The position numbers and the translations under genes are program-made. The notes below the pieces were generated by a model. That model made no database searches. It was not told the DNA's origin and worked only from the letters and a program-made list of their open reading frames with translations. DNA of 64,000 bases, from contig OZ176050.1 in the NCBI GenBank assembly GCA_964247055.1, forward strand, positions 1,674,001-1,738,000, read 5' to 3'. The DNA is from Paragordius varius (Eukaryota; Animalia; Nematomorpha). Shown piece after piece: positions 11,399 to 26,200 of the stretch; position 1 is the stretch's first letter; each line of letters starts with the position of its first letter.

Positions 11399-14300
11399 TA
11401 GTTTGGCAAACTCTTTCATATCCGATTTTTACAACGATACTTTATAAATTAATGTATAAAACTAGTCGTATCAATAAGTCGCATCAATACTCAAGTTAAA
11501 CTTTGTCCTTAAAAATCGGATATTGGTCACCGGTGAACAAAATTATTTTTTATACATTCTCTTAGTAGGACTACATCAAAATAAAGAGATAGTTTGGCAA
11601 ACTCTTTCATATCCAATTTTTACAACGATACTTTATAAATTAATGTATTAAACTAGTCGCATCAATACTCAAATTAAACTTTGTCCTTAAAAATCGATAT
11701 TGGTCACCGGTGAACAAAACTATTTTTTATACATTCTCTTAGTAAGACTACATCAAAATATGGAAATAGTTTGACAAACTCTTTCATATCCGATTTTTAC
11801 AACGATACTTTAAAAATTAATGTATAAAACTAGTCGCATCAATACTCAAGTTAAACTTTGTCCTTAAAAATCGGATATTGGTCACCGGTGAACAAAATTA
11901 TTTTTTATACATTCTCTTAGCAAGACTACATCAAAATATAGAGATAGTTTGACAAACTCTTTCATATCCGATTTTACAACGATACTTTATAAATTAATGT
12001 ATAAAACTAGTCGTATCAATAAGTCGCATCAATACTCAAGTTAAACTTTGTCTTTATAAATCGGATATTGGTCACCGGTGAACAAAATTATTTTTTATAC
12101 ATTCTCTTAGTAGGACTACATCAAAATATAGAGATAGTTTGGCAAACTCTTTCATATCCGATTTTTACAACGATACTTTATAAATTAATGTATAAAACTA
12201 GTCGTATCAATAAGTCGCATCAATACTCAAGTTAAACTTTGTCCTTAAAAATCGGATATTGGTCACCGGTGAACAAAATTATTTTTTATACATTCACTTT
12301 GTAGGACTACATCAAAATATAGAGATAGTTTGGCAAACTCTTTCATATCCGATTTTTACAACGATAAAAATTAATGTATAAAACTAGTCGCATCAATACT
12401 CAAGTTAAACTTTGTCCTTAAAAATCGAATATTGGTCAACGGTGAACAAAATTATTTTTTATACATTCTCTTAGTAGGACTACATCAAAATATAGAGATA
12501 GTTTGGCAAACTCTTTCATATCCGATTTTTACAACGATACTTTATAAATTAATGTATAAAACTAGTCGTATCAATAAGTCGCATCAATACTCAAGTTAAA
12601 CTTTGTCCTTAAAAATCGAATATTGCTCACCGGTGAACAAAATTATTTTTTATACATTCTCTTAGTAAGACTACATCAAAATATAGAGATAGTTTGACAA
12701 ACTCTTTCATATCCGATTTTTACAACGATACTTTAAAAATTAATGTATAAAACTTGTCGTATCAATAAATCGCATCAATACTCAAGTTAAACTTTGTCCT
12801 TAAAAATCGGATATTGGTCATCGGTGAACAAAATTATTTTTTATACATTCTCTTAGTAGGACTACATCAAAATATAGAGATAGTTTGGCAAACTCTTTCA
12901 TATCCGATTTTTACAACGATACTTTAAAAATTAATGTATAAAACTAGTCGTATCAATAAATCGCATCAATACTCAAGTTAAACTTTGTCTTTATAAATCG
13001 GATATTGGTCACCGGTGAACAAAATTATTTTTTATACATTCTCTTAGTAAGACTACATCAAAATATAGATAGTTTGACAAACTCTTTCATATCCGATTTT
13101 TACAACGATACTTTAAAAATTAATGTGTTAAACTAGTCGCATCAATACTTAAATTAAACTTTGTCCTTAAAAATCGATATTGGTCACCGGTGAACAAAAT
13201 TATTTTTTATATATTCTCTTAGTAGGACTACATCAAAATATAGAGATAGTTTGGCAAACTCTTTCATATCCGATTTTTACAACGATACTTTATAAATTAA
13301 TGTATAAAACTAGTCGTATCAATAAATCGCATCAATACTCAAGTTAAACTTTGTCTTTATAAATCGGATATTGGTCACCGGTGAACAAAATTATTTTTTA
13401 TACATTCTCTTAGTAAGACTACATCAAAATATAGAGATAGTTTGACAAACTCTTTCATATCCGATTTTTACAACGATACTTTAAAAATTAATGTGTTAAA
13501 CTAGTCGCATCAATACTCAAGTTAAACTTTGTCCTTAAAAATCGGATATTGGTCACCGGTGAACAAAATCATTTTTTATACATTCTCTTAGTAGGACTAC
13601 ATCAAAATATAGAGATAGTTTGGCAAACTCTTTCATATCCGATTTTTACAACGATACTTTATAAATTAATGTATAAAACTAGTCGTATCAATAAGTCGCA
13701 TCAATACTCAAGTTAAACTTTGTCCTTAAAAATCGGATATTGGTCACCGGTGAACAAAATTATTTTTTATACATTCTCTTAGTAGGACTACATCAAAATA
13801 AAGAGATAGTTTGGCAAACTCTTTCATATCCAATTTTTACAACGATACTTTATAAATTAATGTATTAAACTAGTCGCATCAATACTCAAATTAAACTTTG
13901 TCCTTAAAAATCGATATTGGTCACCGGTGAACAAAACTATTTTTTATACATTCTCTTAGTAAGACTACATCAAAATATGGAAATAGTTTGACAAACTCTT
14001 TCATATCCGATTTTTACAACGATACTTTAAAAATTAATGTATAAAACTAGTCGCATCAATACTCAAGTTAAACTTTGTCCTTAAAAATCGGATATTGGTC
14101 ACCGGTGAACAAAATTATTTTTTATACATTCTCTTAGCAAGACTACATCAAAATATAGAGATAGTTTGACAAACTCTTTCATATCCGATTTTACAACGAT
14201 ACTTTATAAATTAATGTATAAAACTAGTCGTATCAATAAGTCGCATCAATACTCAAGTTAAACTTTGTCTTTATAAATCGGATATTGGTCACCGGTGAAC

Positions 14301-14692
14301 AAAATTATTTTTTATACATTCTCTTAGTAGGACTACATCAAAATATAGAGATAGTTTGGCAAACTCTTTCATATCCGATTTTTACAACGATACTTTATAA
14401 ATTAATGTATAAAACTAGTCGTATCAATAAGTCGCATCAATACTCAAGTTAAACTTTGTCCTTAAAAATCGGATATTGGTCACCGGTGAACAAAATTATT
14501 TTTTATACATTCACTTTGTAGGACTACATCAAAATATAGAGATAGTTTGGCAAACTCTTTCATATCCGATTTTTACAACGATAAAAATTAATGTATAAAA
14601 CTAGTCGCATCAATACTCAAGTTAAACTTTGTCCTTAAAAATCGAATATTGATCAACGGTGAACAAAATTATTTTTTATACATTCTCTTAGT
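11399..14692 (+). repeat. Block duplication, offset 2217 bp: ~11399-12475 copied at ~13616-14692
   Basis: AACAAAACTAT at 11720 and 13937; ACGATAAAAA 5-bp deletion at 12361 and 14578. Confidence 0.9.
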
Positions 14693-17270
14693 AAGACTAC
14701 ATCAAAATATAGAGATAGTTTGACAAACTCTTTCATATCCGATTTTTACAACGATACTTTAAAAATTAATGTGTTAAACTAGTCGCATCAATACTCAAGT
14801 TAAACTTTGTCCTTAAAAATCGGATATTGGTCACCGGTGAACAAAATTATTTTTTATACATTCTCTTAGCAAGACTACATCAAAATATAGAGATAGTTTT
14901 ACAAACTCTTTCATATCCGATTTTTACAACGATACTTTATAAATTAATGTATTAAACTAGTCGCATCAATACTCAAGTTTAACTTTGTCCTTAAAAATCG
15001 AATATTGCTCACCGGTGAACAAAATTATTTTTTATACATTCTCTTAGTAAGACTACATCAAAATATAGAGATAGTTTGACAAACTCTTTCATATCCGATT
15101 TTTACAACGATACTTTAAAAATTAATGTATAAAACTAGTCGCATCAAAACTCAAGTTAAACTTTGTCCTTAAAAATCGAATATTGGTCACCGGTGAACAA
15201 AATTCTTTTTTATACATTCTCTTAGTAAGACTACATCAAAATATAGAGATAGTTTGACAAACTCTTTCATATCCGATTTTTACAACGATACTTTAAAAAT
15301 TAATGTACTCAAGTTAAATTTTGTCCTTAAAAATGGGATATTGGTCACCGGTGAACAAAATTATTTTTTATACATTCTCTTAGTAAGACTACATCAAAAT
15401 ATAGAGATAGTTTGACAAACTCTTTCATATCCGATTTTTACAACGATATTTTATAAATTAATGTATTAAACTAGTCGCATCAATACTCAAGTTAAACTTT
15501 GTCCTTAAAAATCGGATATTGGTCACCGGTGAACAAAATTATTTTTTATACATTCTCTTAGCAAGACTAAATCAAAATATAGAGATAGTTTGACAAACTC
15601 TTTCATATCCGATTTTACAACGATACTTTATAAATTAATGTACTCAAGTTAAATATTGTCCTTAAAAATGGGATATTGGTCACCGGTGAACAAAATTATT
15701 TTTTATACATTCTCTTAGTAAGACTACATCAAAATATAGAGATGGTTTGACAAACTCTTTCATATCCGATTTTTACAACGATACTTTATAAATTAATGTA
15801 TTAAACTAGTCGCATCAATACTCAAGTTAAACTTTGTCCTTAAAAATCGGATATTGGTCACCGGTGAACAAAATTATTTTTTATACATTCACTTTGTAGG
15901 ACTACATCAAAATATAGAGATAGTTTGGCAAACTCTTTCATATCCGATTTTTACAACGATAAAAATTAATGTATAAAACTAGTCGCATCAATACTCAAGT
16001 TAAACTTTGTCCTTAAAAATCGAATATTGATCAACGGTGAACAAAATTATTTTTTATACATTCTCTTAGTAAGACTACATCAAAATATAGAGATAGTTTG
16101 ACAAACTCTTTCATATCCGATTTTTACAACGATACTTTAAAAATTAATGTGTTAAACTAGTCGCATCAATACTCAAGTTAAACTTTGTCCTTAAAAATCG
16201 GATATTGGTCACCGGTGAACAAAATTATTTTTTATACATTCTCTTAGCAAGACTACATCAAAATATAGAGATAGTTTTACAAACTCTTTCATATCCGATT
16301 TTTACAACGATACTTTATAAATTAATGTATTAAACTAGTCGCATCAATACTCAAGTTTAACTTTGTCCTTAAAAATCGAATATTGCTCACCGGTGAACAA
16401 AATTATTTTTTATACATTCTCTTAGTAAGACTACATCAAAATATAGAGATAGTTTGACAAACTCTTTCATATCCGATTTTTACAACGATACTTTAAAAAT
16501 TAATGTATAAAACTAGTCGCATCAAAACTCAAGTTAAACTTTGTCCTTAAAAATCGAATATTGGTCACCGGTGAACAAAATTCTTTTTTATACATTCTCT
16601 TAGTAAGACTACATCAAAATATAGAGATAGTTTGACAAACTCTTTCATATCCGATTTTTACAACGATACTTTAAAAATTAATGTACTCAAGTTAAATTTT
16701 GTCCTTAAAAATGGGATATTGGTCACCGGTGAACAAAATTATTTTTTATACATTCTCTTAGTAAGACTACATCAAAATATAGAGATAGTTTGACAAACTC
16801 TTTCATATCCGATTTTTACAACGATATTTTATAAATTAATGTATTAAACTAGTCGCATCAATACTCAAGTTAAACTTTGTCCTTAAAAATCGGATATTGG
16901 TCACCGGTGAACAAAATTATTTTTTATACATTCTCTTAGCAAGACTAAATCAAAATATAGAGATAGTTTGACAAACTCTTTCATATCCGATTTTACAACG
17001 ATACTTTATAAATTAATGTACTCAAGTTAAATATTGTCCTTAAAAATGGGATATTGGTCACCGGTGAACAAAATTATTTTTTATACATTCTCTTAGTAAG
17101 ACTACATCAAAATATAGAGATGGTTTGACAAACTCTTTCATATCCGATTTTTACAACGATACTTTATAAATTAATGTATTAAACTAGTCGCATCAATACT
17201 CAAGTTAAACTTTGTCCTTAAAAATCGAATATTGGTCACCGGTGAACAAAATTATTTTTTATACATTCTC
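14500..17270 (+). repeat. Tandem 8-mer higher-order repeat, 1378 bp x2
   Basis: Markers at 14578/15956, 14651/16029 and 15141/16519; 173+178+178+178+158+178+157+178 = 1378. Confidence 0.92.
15250..15407 (+). repeat. First 158-bp monomer (20-bp deletion, junction AATGTA|CTCAAG)
   Basis: Lacks TAAAACTAGTCGCATCAATA; start-to-start distance 158. The class was not seen before this position and is frequent after it. Confidence 0.95.
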
Positions 17271-17298
17271 TTAGTAGGACTACATCAAAATATAGAGA

Positions 17299-20200
17299 TA
17301 GTTTGGCAAACTCTTTCATATCCGATTTTCACAACGATACTTTATAAATTAATGTATAAAACTAGTCGTATCAATAAGTCGCATCAATACTCAAGTTAAA
17401 CTTTGTCCTTAAAAATCGGATATTGGTCACCGGTGAACAAAATTATTTTTTATACATTCTCTTAGTAGGACTACATCAAAATAAAGAGATAGTTTGGCAA
17501 ACTCTTTCATATCCAATTTTTACAACGATACTTTAAAAATTAATGTATAAAACTAGTCGCATCAATACTCAAGTTAAACTTTGTCCTTAAAAATCGGATA
17601 TTGGTCACCGGTGAACAAAATTATTTTTTGTACATTCTCTTAGCAAGACTACATCAAAATATAGAGATAGTTTGACAAACTCTTTCATATCCGATTTTAC
17701 AACGATACTTTATAAATTAATGTACTCAAGTTAAATATTGTCCTTAAAAATGGGATATTGGTCACCGGTGAACAAAATTATTTTTTATACATTCTCTTAG
17801 TAAGACTACATCAAAATATAGAGATAGTTTGACAAACTCTTTCATATCCGATTTTACAACGATACTTTATAAATTAATGTACTCAAGTTAAACTTTGTCC
17901 TTAAAAATCGAATATTGGTCACCGGTGAACAAAATTCTTTTTTATACATTCTCTTAGTAAGACTACATCAAAATATAGAGATAGTTTGACAAACTCTTTC
18001 ATATCCGATTTTTACAACGATACTTTAAAAATTAATGTACTCAAGTTAAATTTTGTCCTTAAAAATGGGATATTGGTCACCGGTGAACAAAATTATTTTT
18101 TATACATTCTCTTAGTAAGACTACATCAAAATATAGAGATAGTTTGACAAACTCTTTCATATCCGATTTTTACAACGATACTTTATAAATTAATGTATTA
18201 AACTAGTCGCATCAATACTCAAGTTAAACTTTGTCCTTAAAAATCGGATATTGGTCACCGGTGAACAAAATTATTTTTTATACATTCTCTTAGCAAGACT
18301 AAATCAAAATATAGAGATAGTTTGACAAACTCTTTCATATCCGATTTTACAACGATACTTTATAAATTAATGTACTCAAGTTAAATATTGTCCTTAAAAA
18401 TGGGATATTGGTCACCGGTGAACAAAATTATTTTTTATACATTCTCTTAGTAAGACTACATCAAAATATAGAGATGGTTTGACAAACTCTTTCATATCCG
18501 ATTTTTACAACGATACTTTATAAATTAATGTATTAAACTAGTCGCATCAATACTCAAGTTAAACTTTGTCCTTAAAAATCGAATATTGGTCACCGGTTAA
18601 CAAAATTATTTTTTATACATTCTCTTAGTAGGACTACATCAAAATATAGAGATAGTTTGGCAAACTCTTTCATATCCGATTTTCACAACGATACTTTATA
18701 AATTAATGTATAAAACTAGTCGTATCAATAAGTCGCATCAATACTCAAGTTAAACTTTGTCCTTAAAAATCGGATATTGGTCACCGGTGAACAAAATTAT
18801 TTTTTATACATTCTCTTAGTGGGACTACATCAAAATAAAGAGATAGTTTGGCAAACTCTTTCATATCCAATTTTTACAACGATACTTTAAAAATTAATGT
18901 ATAAAACTAGTCGCATCAATACTCAAGTTAAACTTTGTCCTTAAAAATCGGATATTGGTCACCGGTGAAAATTATTTTTTGTACATTCTCTTAGCAAGAC
19001 TACATCAAAAAATAGAGATAGTTTGACAAACTCTTTCATATCCGATTTTACAACGATACTTTATAAATTAATGTACTCAAGTTAAATATTGTCCTTAAAA
19101 ATGGGATATTGGTCACCGGTGAACAAAATTATTTTTTATACATTCTCTTAGTAAGACTACATCAAAATATAGAGATAGTTTGACAAACTCTTTCATATCC
19201 GATTTTACAACGATACTTTATAAATTAATGTACTCAAGTTAAATATTGTCCTTAAAAATGGGATATTGGTCACCGGTGAACAAAATTATTTTTTATACAT
19301 TCTCTTAGTAAGACTACATCAAAATATAGAGATAGTTTGACAAACTCTTTCATATCCGATTTTTACAACGATACTTTATAAATTAATGTATTAAACTAGT
19401 CGCATCAATACTCAAATTAAACTTTGTCCTTAAAAATCGATATTGGTCACCGGTGAACAAAATTATTTTTTATACATTCTCTTAGTAAGACTACATCAAA
19501 ATATGGAAATAGTTTGACAAACTCTTTCATATCCGATTTTTACAACGATACTTTAAAAATTAATGTATAAAACTAGTCGCATCAATACTCAAGTTAAACT
19601 TTGTCCTTAAAAATCGGATATTGGTCACCGGTGAACAAAATTATTTTTTATACATTCTCTTAGCAAGACTACATCAAAATATAGAGATAGTTTGACAAAC
19701 TCTTTCATATCCGATTTTACAACGATACTTTATAAATTAATGTACTCAAGTTAAATATTGTCCTTAAAAATGGGATATTGGTCACCGGTGAACAAAATTA
19801 TTTTTTATACATTCTCTTAGTAAGACTACATCAAAATATAGAGATGGTTTGACAAACTCTTTCATATCCGATTTTTACAACGATACTTTATAAATTAATG
19901 TATTAAACTAATCGCATCAATACTCAAGTTAAACTTTGTCCTTAAAAATCGAATATTGGTCACCGGTGAACAAAATTATTTTTTATACATTCTCTTAGTA
20001 GGACTACATCAAAATATAGAGATAGTTTGGCAAACTCTTTCATATCCGATTTTCACAACGATACTTTATAAATTAATGTATAAAACTAGTCGTATCAATA
20101 AGTCGCATCAATACTCAAGTTAAACTTTGTCCTTAAAAATCGGATATTGGTCACCGGTGAACAAAATTATTTTTTATACATTCTCTTAGTAGGACTACAT

Positions 20201-23200
20201 CAAAATAAAGAGATAGTTTGGCAAACTCTTTCATATCCAATTTTTACAACGATACTTTAAAAATTAATGTGTTAAACTAGTCGCATCAATACTCAAGTTA
20301 AACTTTGTCCTTAAAAATCGGATATTGGTCACCGGTGAACAAAATTATTTTTTATACATTCTCTTAGCAAGACTACATCAAAATATAGAGATAGTTTGGC
20401 AAACTCTTTCATATCCAATTTTTACAACGATACTTTATAAATTAATGTATTAAACTAGTCGCATCAATACTCAAATTAAACTTTGTCCTTAAAAATCGAT
20501 ATTGGTCACCGGTGAACAAAATTATTTTTTATACATTCTCTTAGTAAGACTACATCAAAATATGGAAATAGTTTGACAAACTCTTTCATATCCGATTTTA
20601 CAACGATACTTTATAAATTAATGTACTCAAGTTAAACTTTGTCCTTAAAAATCGAATATTGGTCACCGGTGAACAAAATTCTTTTTTATACATTCTCTTA
20701 GTAAGACTACATCAAAATATAGAGATAGTTTGACAAACTCTTTCATATCCGATTTTTACAACGATACTTTAAAAATTAATGTACTCAAGTTATATTTTGT
20801 CCTTAAAAATGGGATATTGGTCACCGGTGAACAAAATTATTTTTTATACATTCTCTTAGTAAGACTACATCAAAATATAGAGATAGTTTGACAAACTCTT
20901 TCATATCCGATTTTTACAACGATACTTTAAAAATTAATGTACTCAAGTTAAATATTGTCCTTAAAAATGGGATATTGGTCACCGGTGAACAAAATTATTT
21001 TTTATACATTCTCTTAGTAAGACTACATCAAAATATAGAGATGGTTTGACAAACTCTTTCATATCCGATTTTTACAACGATACTTTATAAATTAATGTAT
21101 TAAACTAATCGCATCAATACTCAAGTTAAACTTTGTCCTTAAAAATCGAATATTGGTCACCGGTGAACAAAATTATTTTTTATACATTCTCTTAGTAGGA
21201 CTACATCAAAATATAGAGATAGTTTGGCAAACTCTTTCATATCCGATTTTCACAACGATACTTTATAAATTAATGTATAAAACTAGTCGTATCAATAAGT
21301 CGCATCAATACTCAAGTTAAACTTTGTCCTTAAAAATCGGATATTGGTCACCGGTGAACAAAATTATTTTTTATACATTCTCTTAGTAGGACTACATCAA
21401 AATAAAGAGATAGTTTGGCAAACTCTTTCATATCCAATTTTTACAACGATACTTTAAAAATTAATGTGTTAAACTAGTCGCATCAATACTCAAGTTAAAC
21501 TTTGTCCTTAAAAATCGGATATTGGTCACCGGTGAACAAAATTATTTTTTATACATTCTCTTAGCAAGACTACATCAAAATATAGAGATAGTTTGGCAAA
21601 CTCTTTCATATCCAATTTTTACAACGATACTTTATAAATTAATGTATTAAACTAGTCGCATCAATACTCAAATTAAACTTTGTCCTTAAAAATCGATATT
21701 GGTCACCGGTGAACAAAATTATTTTTTATACATTCTCTTAGTAAGACTACATCAAAATATGGAAATAGTTTGACAAACTCTTTCATATCCGATTTTACAA
21801 CGATACTTTATAAATTAATGTACTCAAGTTAAACTTTGTCCTTAAAAATCGAATATTGGTCACCGGTGAACAAAATTCTTTTTTATACATTCTCTTAGTA
21901 AGACTACATCAAAATATAGAGATAGTTTGACAAACTCTTTCATATCCGATTTTTACAACGATACTTTAAAAATTAATGTACTCAAGTTAAATTTTGTCCT
22001 TAAAAATGGGATATTGGTCACCGGTGAACAAAATTATTTTTTATACATTCTCTTAGTAAGACTACATCAAAATATAGAGATAGTTTGACAAACTCTTTCA
22101 TATCCGATTTTTACAACGATACTTTATAAATTAATGTATTAAACTAGTCGCATCAATACTCAAGTTAAACTTTGTCCTTAAAAATCGGATATTGGTCACC
22201 GGTGAACAAAATTATTTTTTATACATTCTCTTAGCAAGACTAAATCAAAATATAGAGATAGTTTGACAAACTCTTTCATATCCGATTTTTACAACGATAC
22301 TTTAAAAATTAATGTACTCAAGTTAAATTTTGTCCTTAAAAATGGGATATTGGTCACCGGTGAACAAAATTATTTTTTATACATTCTCTTAGTAAGACTA
22401 CATCAAAATATAGAGATAGTTTGACAAACTCTTTCATATCCGATTTTTACAACGATACTTTATAAATTAATGTATTAAACTAGTCGCATCAATACTCAAG
22501 TTAAACTTTGTCCTTAAAAATCGGATATTGGTCACCGGTGAACAAAATTATTTTTTATACATTCTCTTAGCAAGACTAAATCAAAATATAGAGATAGTTT
22601 GACAAACTCTTTCATATCCGATTTTCCAACGATACTTTATAAATTAATGTACTCAAGTTAAATATTGTCCTTAAAAATGGGATATTGGTCACCGGTGAAC
22701 AAAATTATTTTTTATACATTCTCTTAGTAAGACTACATCAAAATATAGAGATGGTTTGACAAACTCTTTCATATCCGATTTTTACAACGATACTTTATAA
22801 ATTAATGTATTAAACTAGTCGCATCAATACTCAAGTTAAACTTTGTCCTTAAAAATCGAATATTGGTCACCGGTGAACAAAATTATTTTTTATACATTCT
22901 CTTAGTAGGACTACATCAAAATATAGAGATAGTTTGGCAAACTCTTTCATATCCGATTTTCACAACGATACTTTATAAATTAATGTATAAAACTAGTCGT
23001 ATCAATAAGTCGCATCAATACTCAAGTTAAACTTTGTCCTTAAAAATCGGATATTGGTCACCGGTGAACAAAATTATTTTTTATACATTCTCTTAGTGGG
23101 ACTACATCAAAATAAAGAGATAGTTTGGCAAACTCTTTCATATCCAATTTTTACAACGATACTTTAAAAATTAATGTATAAAACTAGTCGCATCAATACT

Positions 23201-26200
23201 CAAGTTAAACTTTGTCCTTAAAAATCGGATATTGGTCACCGGTGAACAAAATTATTTTTTGTACATTCTCTTAGCAAGACTACATCAAAATATAGAGATA
23301 GTTTGACAAACTCTTTCATATCCGATTTTACAACGATACTTTATAAATTAATGTACTCAAGTTAAACTTTGTCCTTAAAAATCGGATATTGGTCACCGGT
23401 GAACAAAATTATTTTTTATACATTCTCTTAGCAAGACTACATCAAAATATAGAGATAGTTTGACAAACTCTTTCATATCCGATTTTACAACGATACTTTA
23501 TAAATTAATGTACTCAAGTTAAATATTGTCCTTAAAAATGGGATATTGGTCACCGGTGAACAAAATTATTTTTTATACATTCTCTTAGTAAGACTACATC
23601 AAAATATAGAGATGGTTTGACAAACTCTTTCATATCCGATTTTTACAACGATACTTTATAAATTAATGTATTAAACTAATCGCATCAATACTCAAGTTAA
23701 ACTTTGTCCTTAAAAATCGAATATTGGTCACCGGTGAACAAAATTATTTTTTATACATTCTCTTAGTAGGACTACATCAAAATATAGAGATAGTTTGGCA
23801 AACTCTTTCATATCCGATTTTCACAACGATACTTTATAAATTAATGTATAAAACTAGTCGTATCAATAAGTCGCATCAATACTCAAGTTAAACTTTGTCC
23901 TTAAAAATCGGATATTGGTCACCGGTAAACAAAATTATTTTTTATACATTCTCTTAGTAGGACTACATCAAAATAAAGAGATAGTTTGGCAAACTCTTTC
24001 ATATCCAATTTTTACAACGATACTTTAAAAATTAATGTGTTAAACTAGTCGCATCAATACTCAAGTTAAACTTTGTCCTTAAAAATCGGATATTGGTCAC
24101 CGGTGAACAAAATTATTTTTTATACATTCTCTTAGCAAGACTACATCAAAATATAGAGATAGTTTGGCAAACTCTTTCATATCCAATTTTTACAACGATA
24201 CTTTATAAATTAATGTATTAAACTAGTCGCATCAATACTCAAATTAAACTTTGTCCTTAAAAATCGATATTGGTCACCGGTGAACAAAATTATTTTTTAT
24301 ACATTCTCTTCGTAAGACTACATCAAAATATGGAAATAGTTTGACAAACTCTTTCATATCCGATTTTACAACGATACTTTATAAATTAATGTACTCAAGT
24401 TAAACTTTGTCCTTAAAAATCGAATATTGGTCACCGGTGAACAAAATTCTTTTTTATACATTCTCTTAGTAAGACTACATCAAAATATAGAGATAGTTTG
24501 ACAAACTCTTTCATATCCGATTTTTACAACGATACTTTAAAAATTAATGTACTCAAGTTAAATTTTGTCCTTAAAAATGGGATATTGGTCACCGGTGAAC
24601 AAAATTATTTTTTATACATTCTCTTAGTAAGACTACATCAAAATATAGAGATAGTTTGACAAACTCTTTCATATCCGATTTTTACAACGATACTTTATAA
24701 ATTAATGTATTAAACTAGTCGCATCAATACTCAAGTTAAACTTTGTCCTTAAAAATCGGATATTGGTCACCGGTGAACAAAATTATTTTTTATACATTCT
24801 CTTAGCAAGACTAAATCAAAATATAGAGATAGTTTGACAAACTCTTTCATATCCGATTTTACAACGATACTTTATAAATTAATGTACTCAAGTTAAATAT
24901 TGTCCTTAAAAATGGGATATTGGTCACCGGTGAACAAAATTATTTTTTATACATTCTCTTAGTAAGACTACATCAAAATATAGAGATGGTTTGACAAACT
25001 CTTTCATATCCGATTTTTACAACGATACTTTATAAATTAATGTATTAAACTAGTCGCATCAATACTCAAGTTAAACTTTGTCCTTAAAAATCGAATATTG
25101 GTCACCGGTGAACAAAATTATTTTTTATACATTCTCTTAGTTGGACTACATCAAAATATAGAGATAGTTTGGCAAACTCTTTCATATCCGATTTTCACAA
25201 CGATACTTTATAAATTAATGTATAAAACTAGTCGTATCAATAAGTCGCATCAATAATCAAGTTAAACTTTGTCCTTAAAAATCGGATATTGGTCACCGGT
25301 GAACAAAATTATTTTTTATACATTCTCTTAGTAGGACTACATCAAAATAAAGAGATAGTTTGGCAAACTCTTTCATATCCAATTTTTACAACGATACTTT
25401 AAAAATTAATGTATAAAACTAGTCGCATCAATACTCAAGTTAAACTTTGTCCTTAAAAATCGGATATTGGTCACCGGTGAACAAAATTATTTTTTGTACA
25501 TTCTCTTAGCAAGACTACATCAAAATATAGAGATAGTTTGACAAACTCTTTCATATCCGATTTTACAACGATACTTTATAAATTAATGTACTCAAGTTAA
25601 ATATTGTCCTTAAAAATGGGATATTGGTCACCGGTGAACAAAATTATTTTTTATACATTCTCTTAGTAAGACTACATCAAAATATAGAGATAGTTTGACA
25701 AACTCTTTCATATCCGATTTTACAACGATACTTTATAAATTAATGTACTCAAGTTAAATATTGTCCTTAAAAATGGGATATTGGTCACCGGTGAACAAAA
25801 TTATTTTTTATACATTCTCTTAGTAAGACTACATCAAAATATAGAGATAGTTTGACAAACTCTTTCATATCCGATTTTTACAACGATACTTTATAAATTA
25901 ATGTATTAAACTAGTCGCATCAATACTCAAATTAAACTTTGTCCTTAAAAATCGATATTGGTCACCGGTGAACAAAATTATTTTTTATACATTCTCTTAG
26001 TAAGACTACATCAAAATATGGAAATAGTTTGACAAACTCTTTCATATCCGATTTTTACAACGATACTTTAAAAATTAATGTATAAAACTAGTCGCATCAA
26101 TACTCAAGTTAAACTTTGTCCTTAAAAATCGGATATTGGTCACCGGTGAACAAAATTATTTTTTATACATTCTCTTAGCAAGACTACATCAAAATATAGA

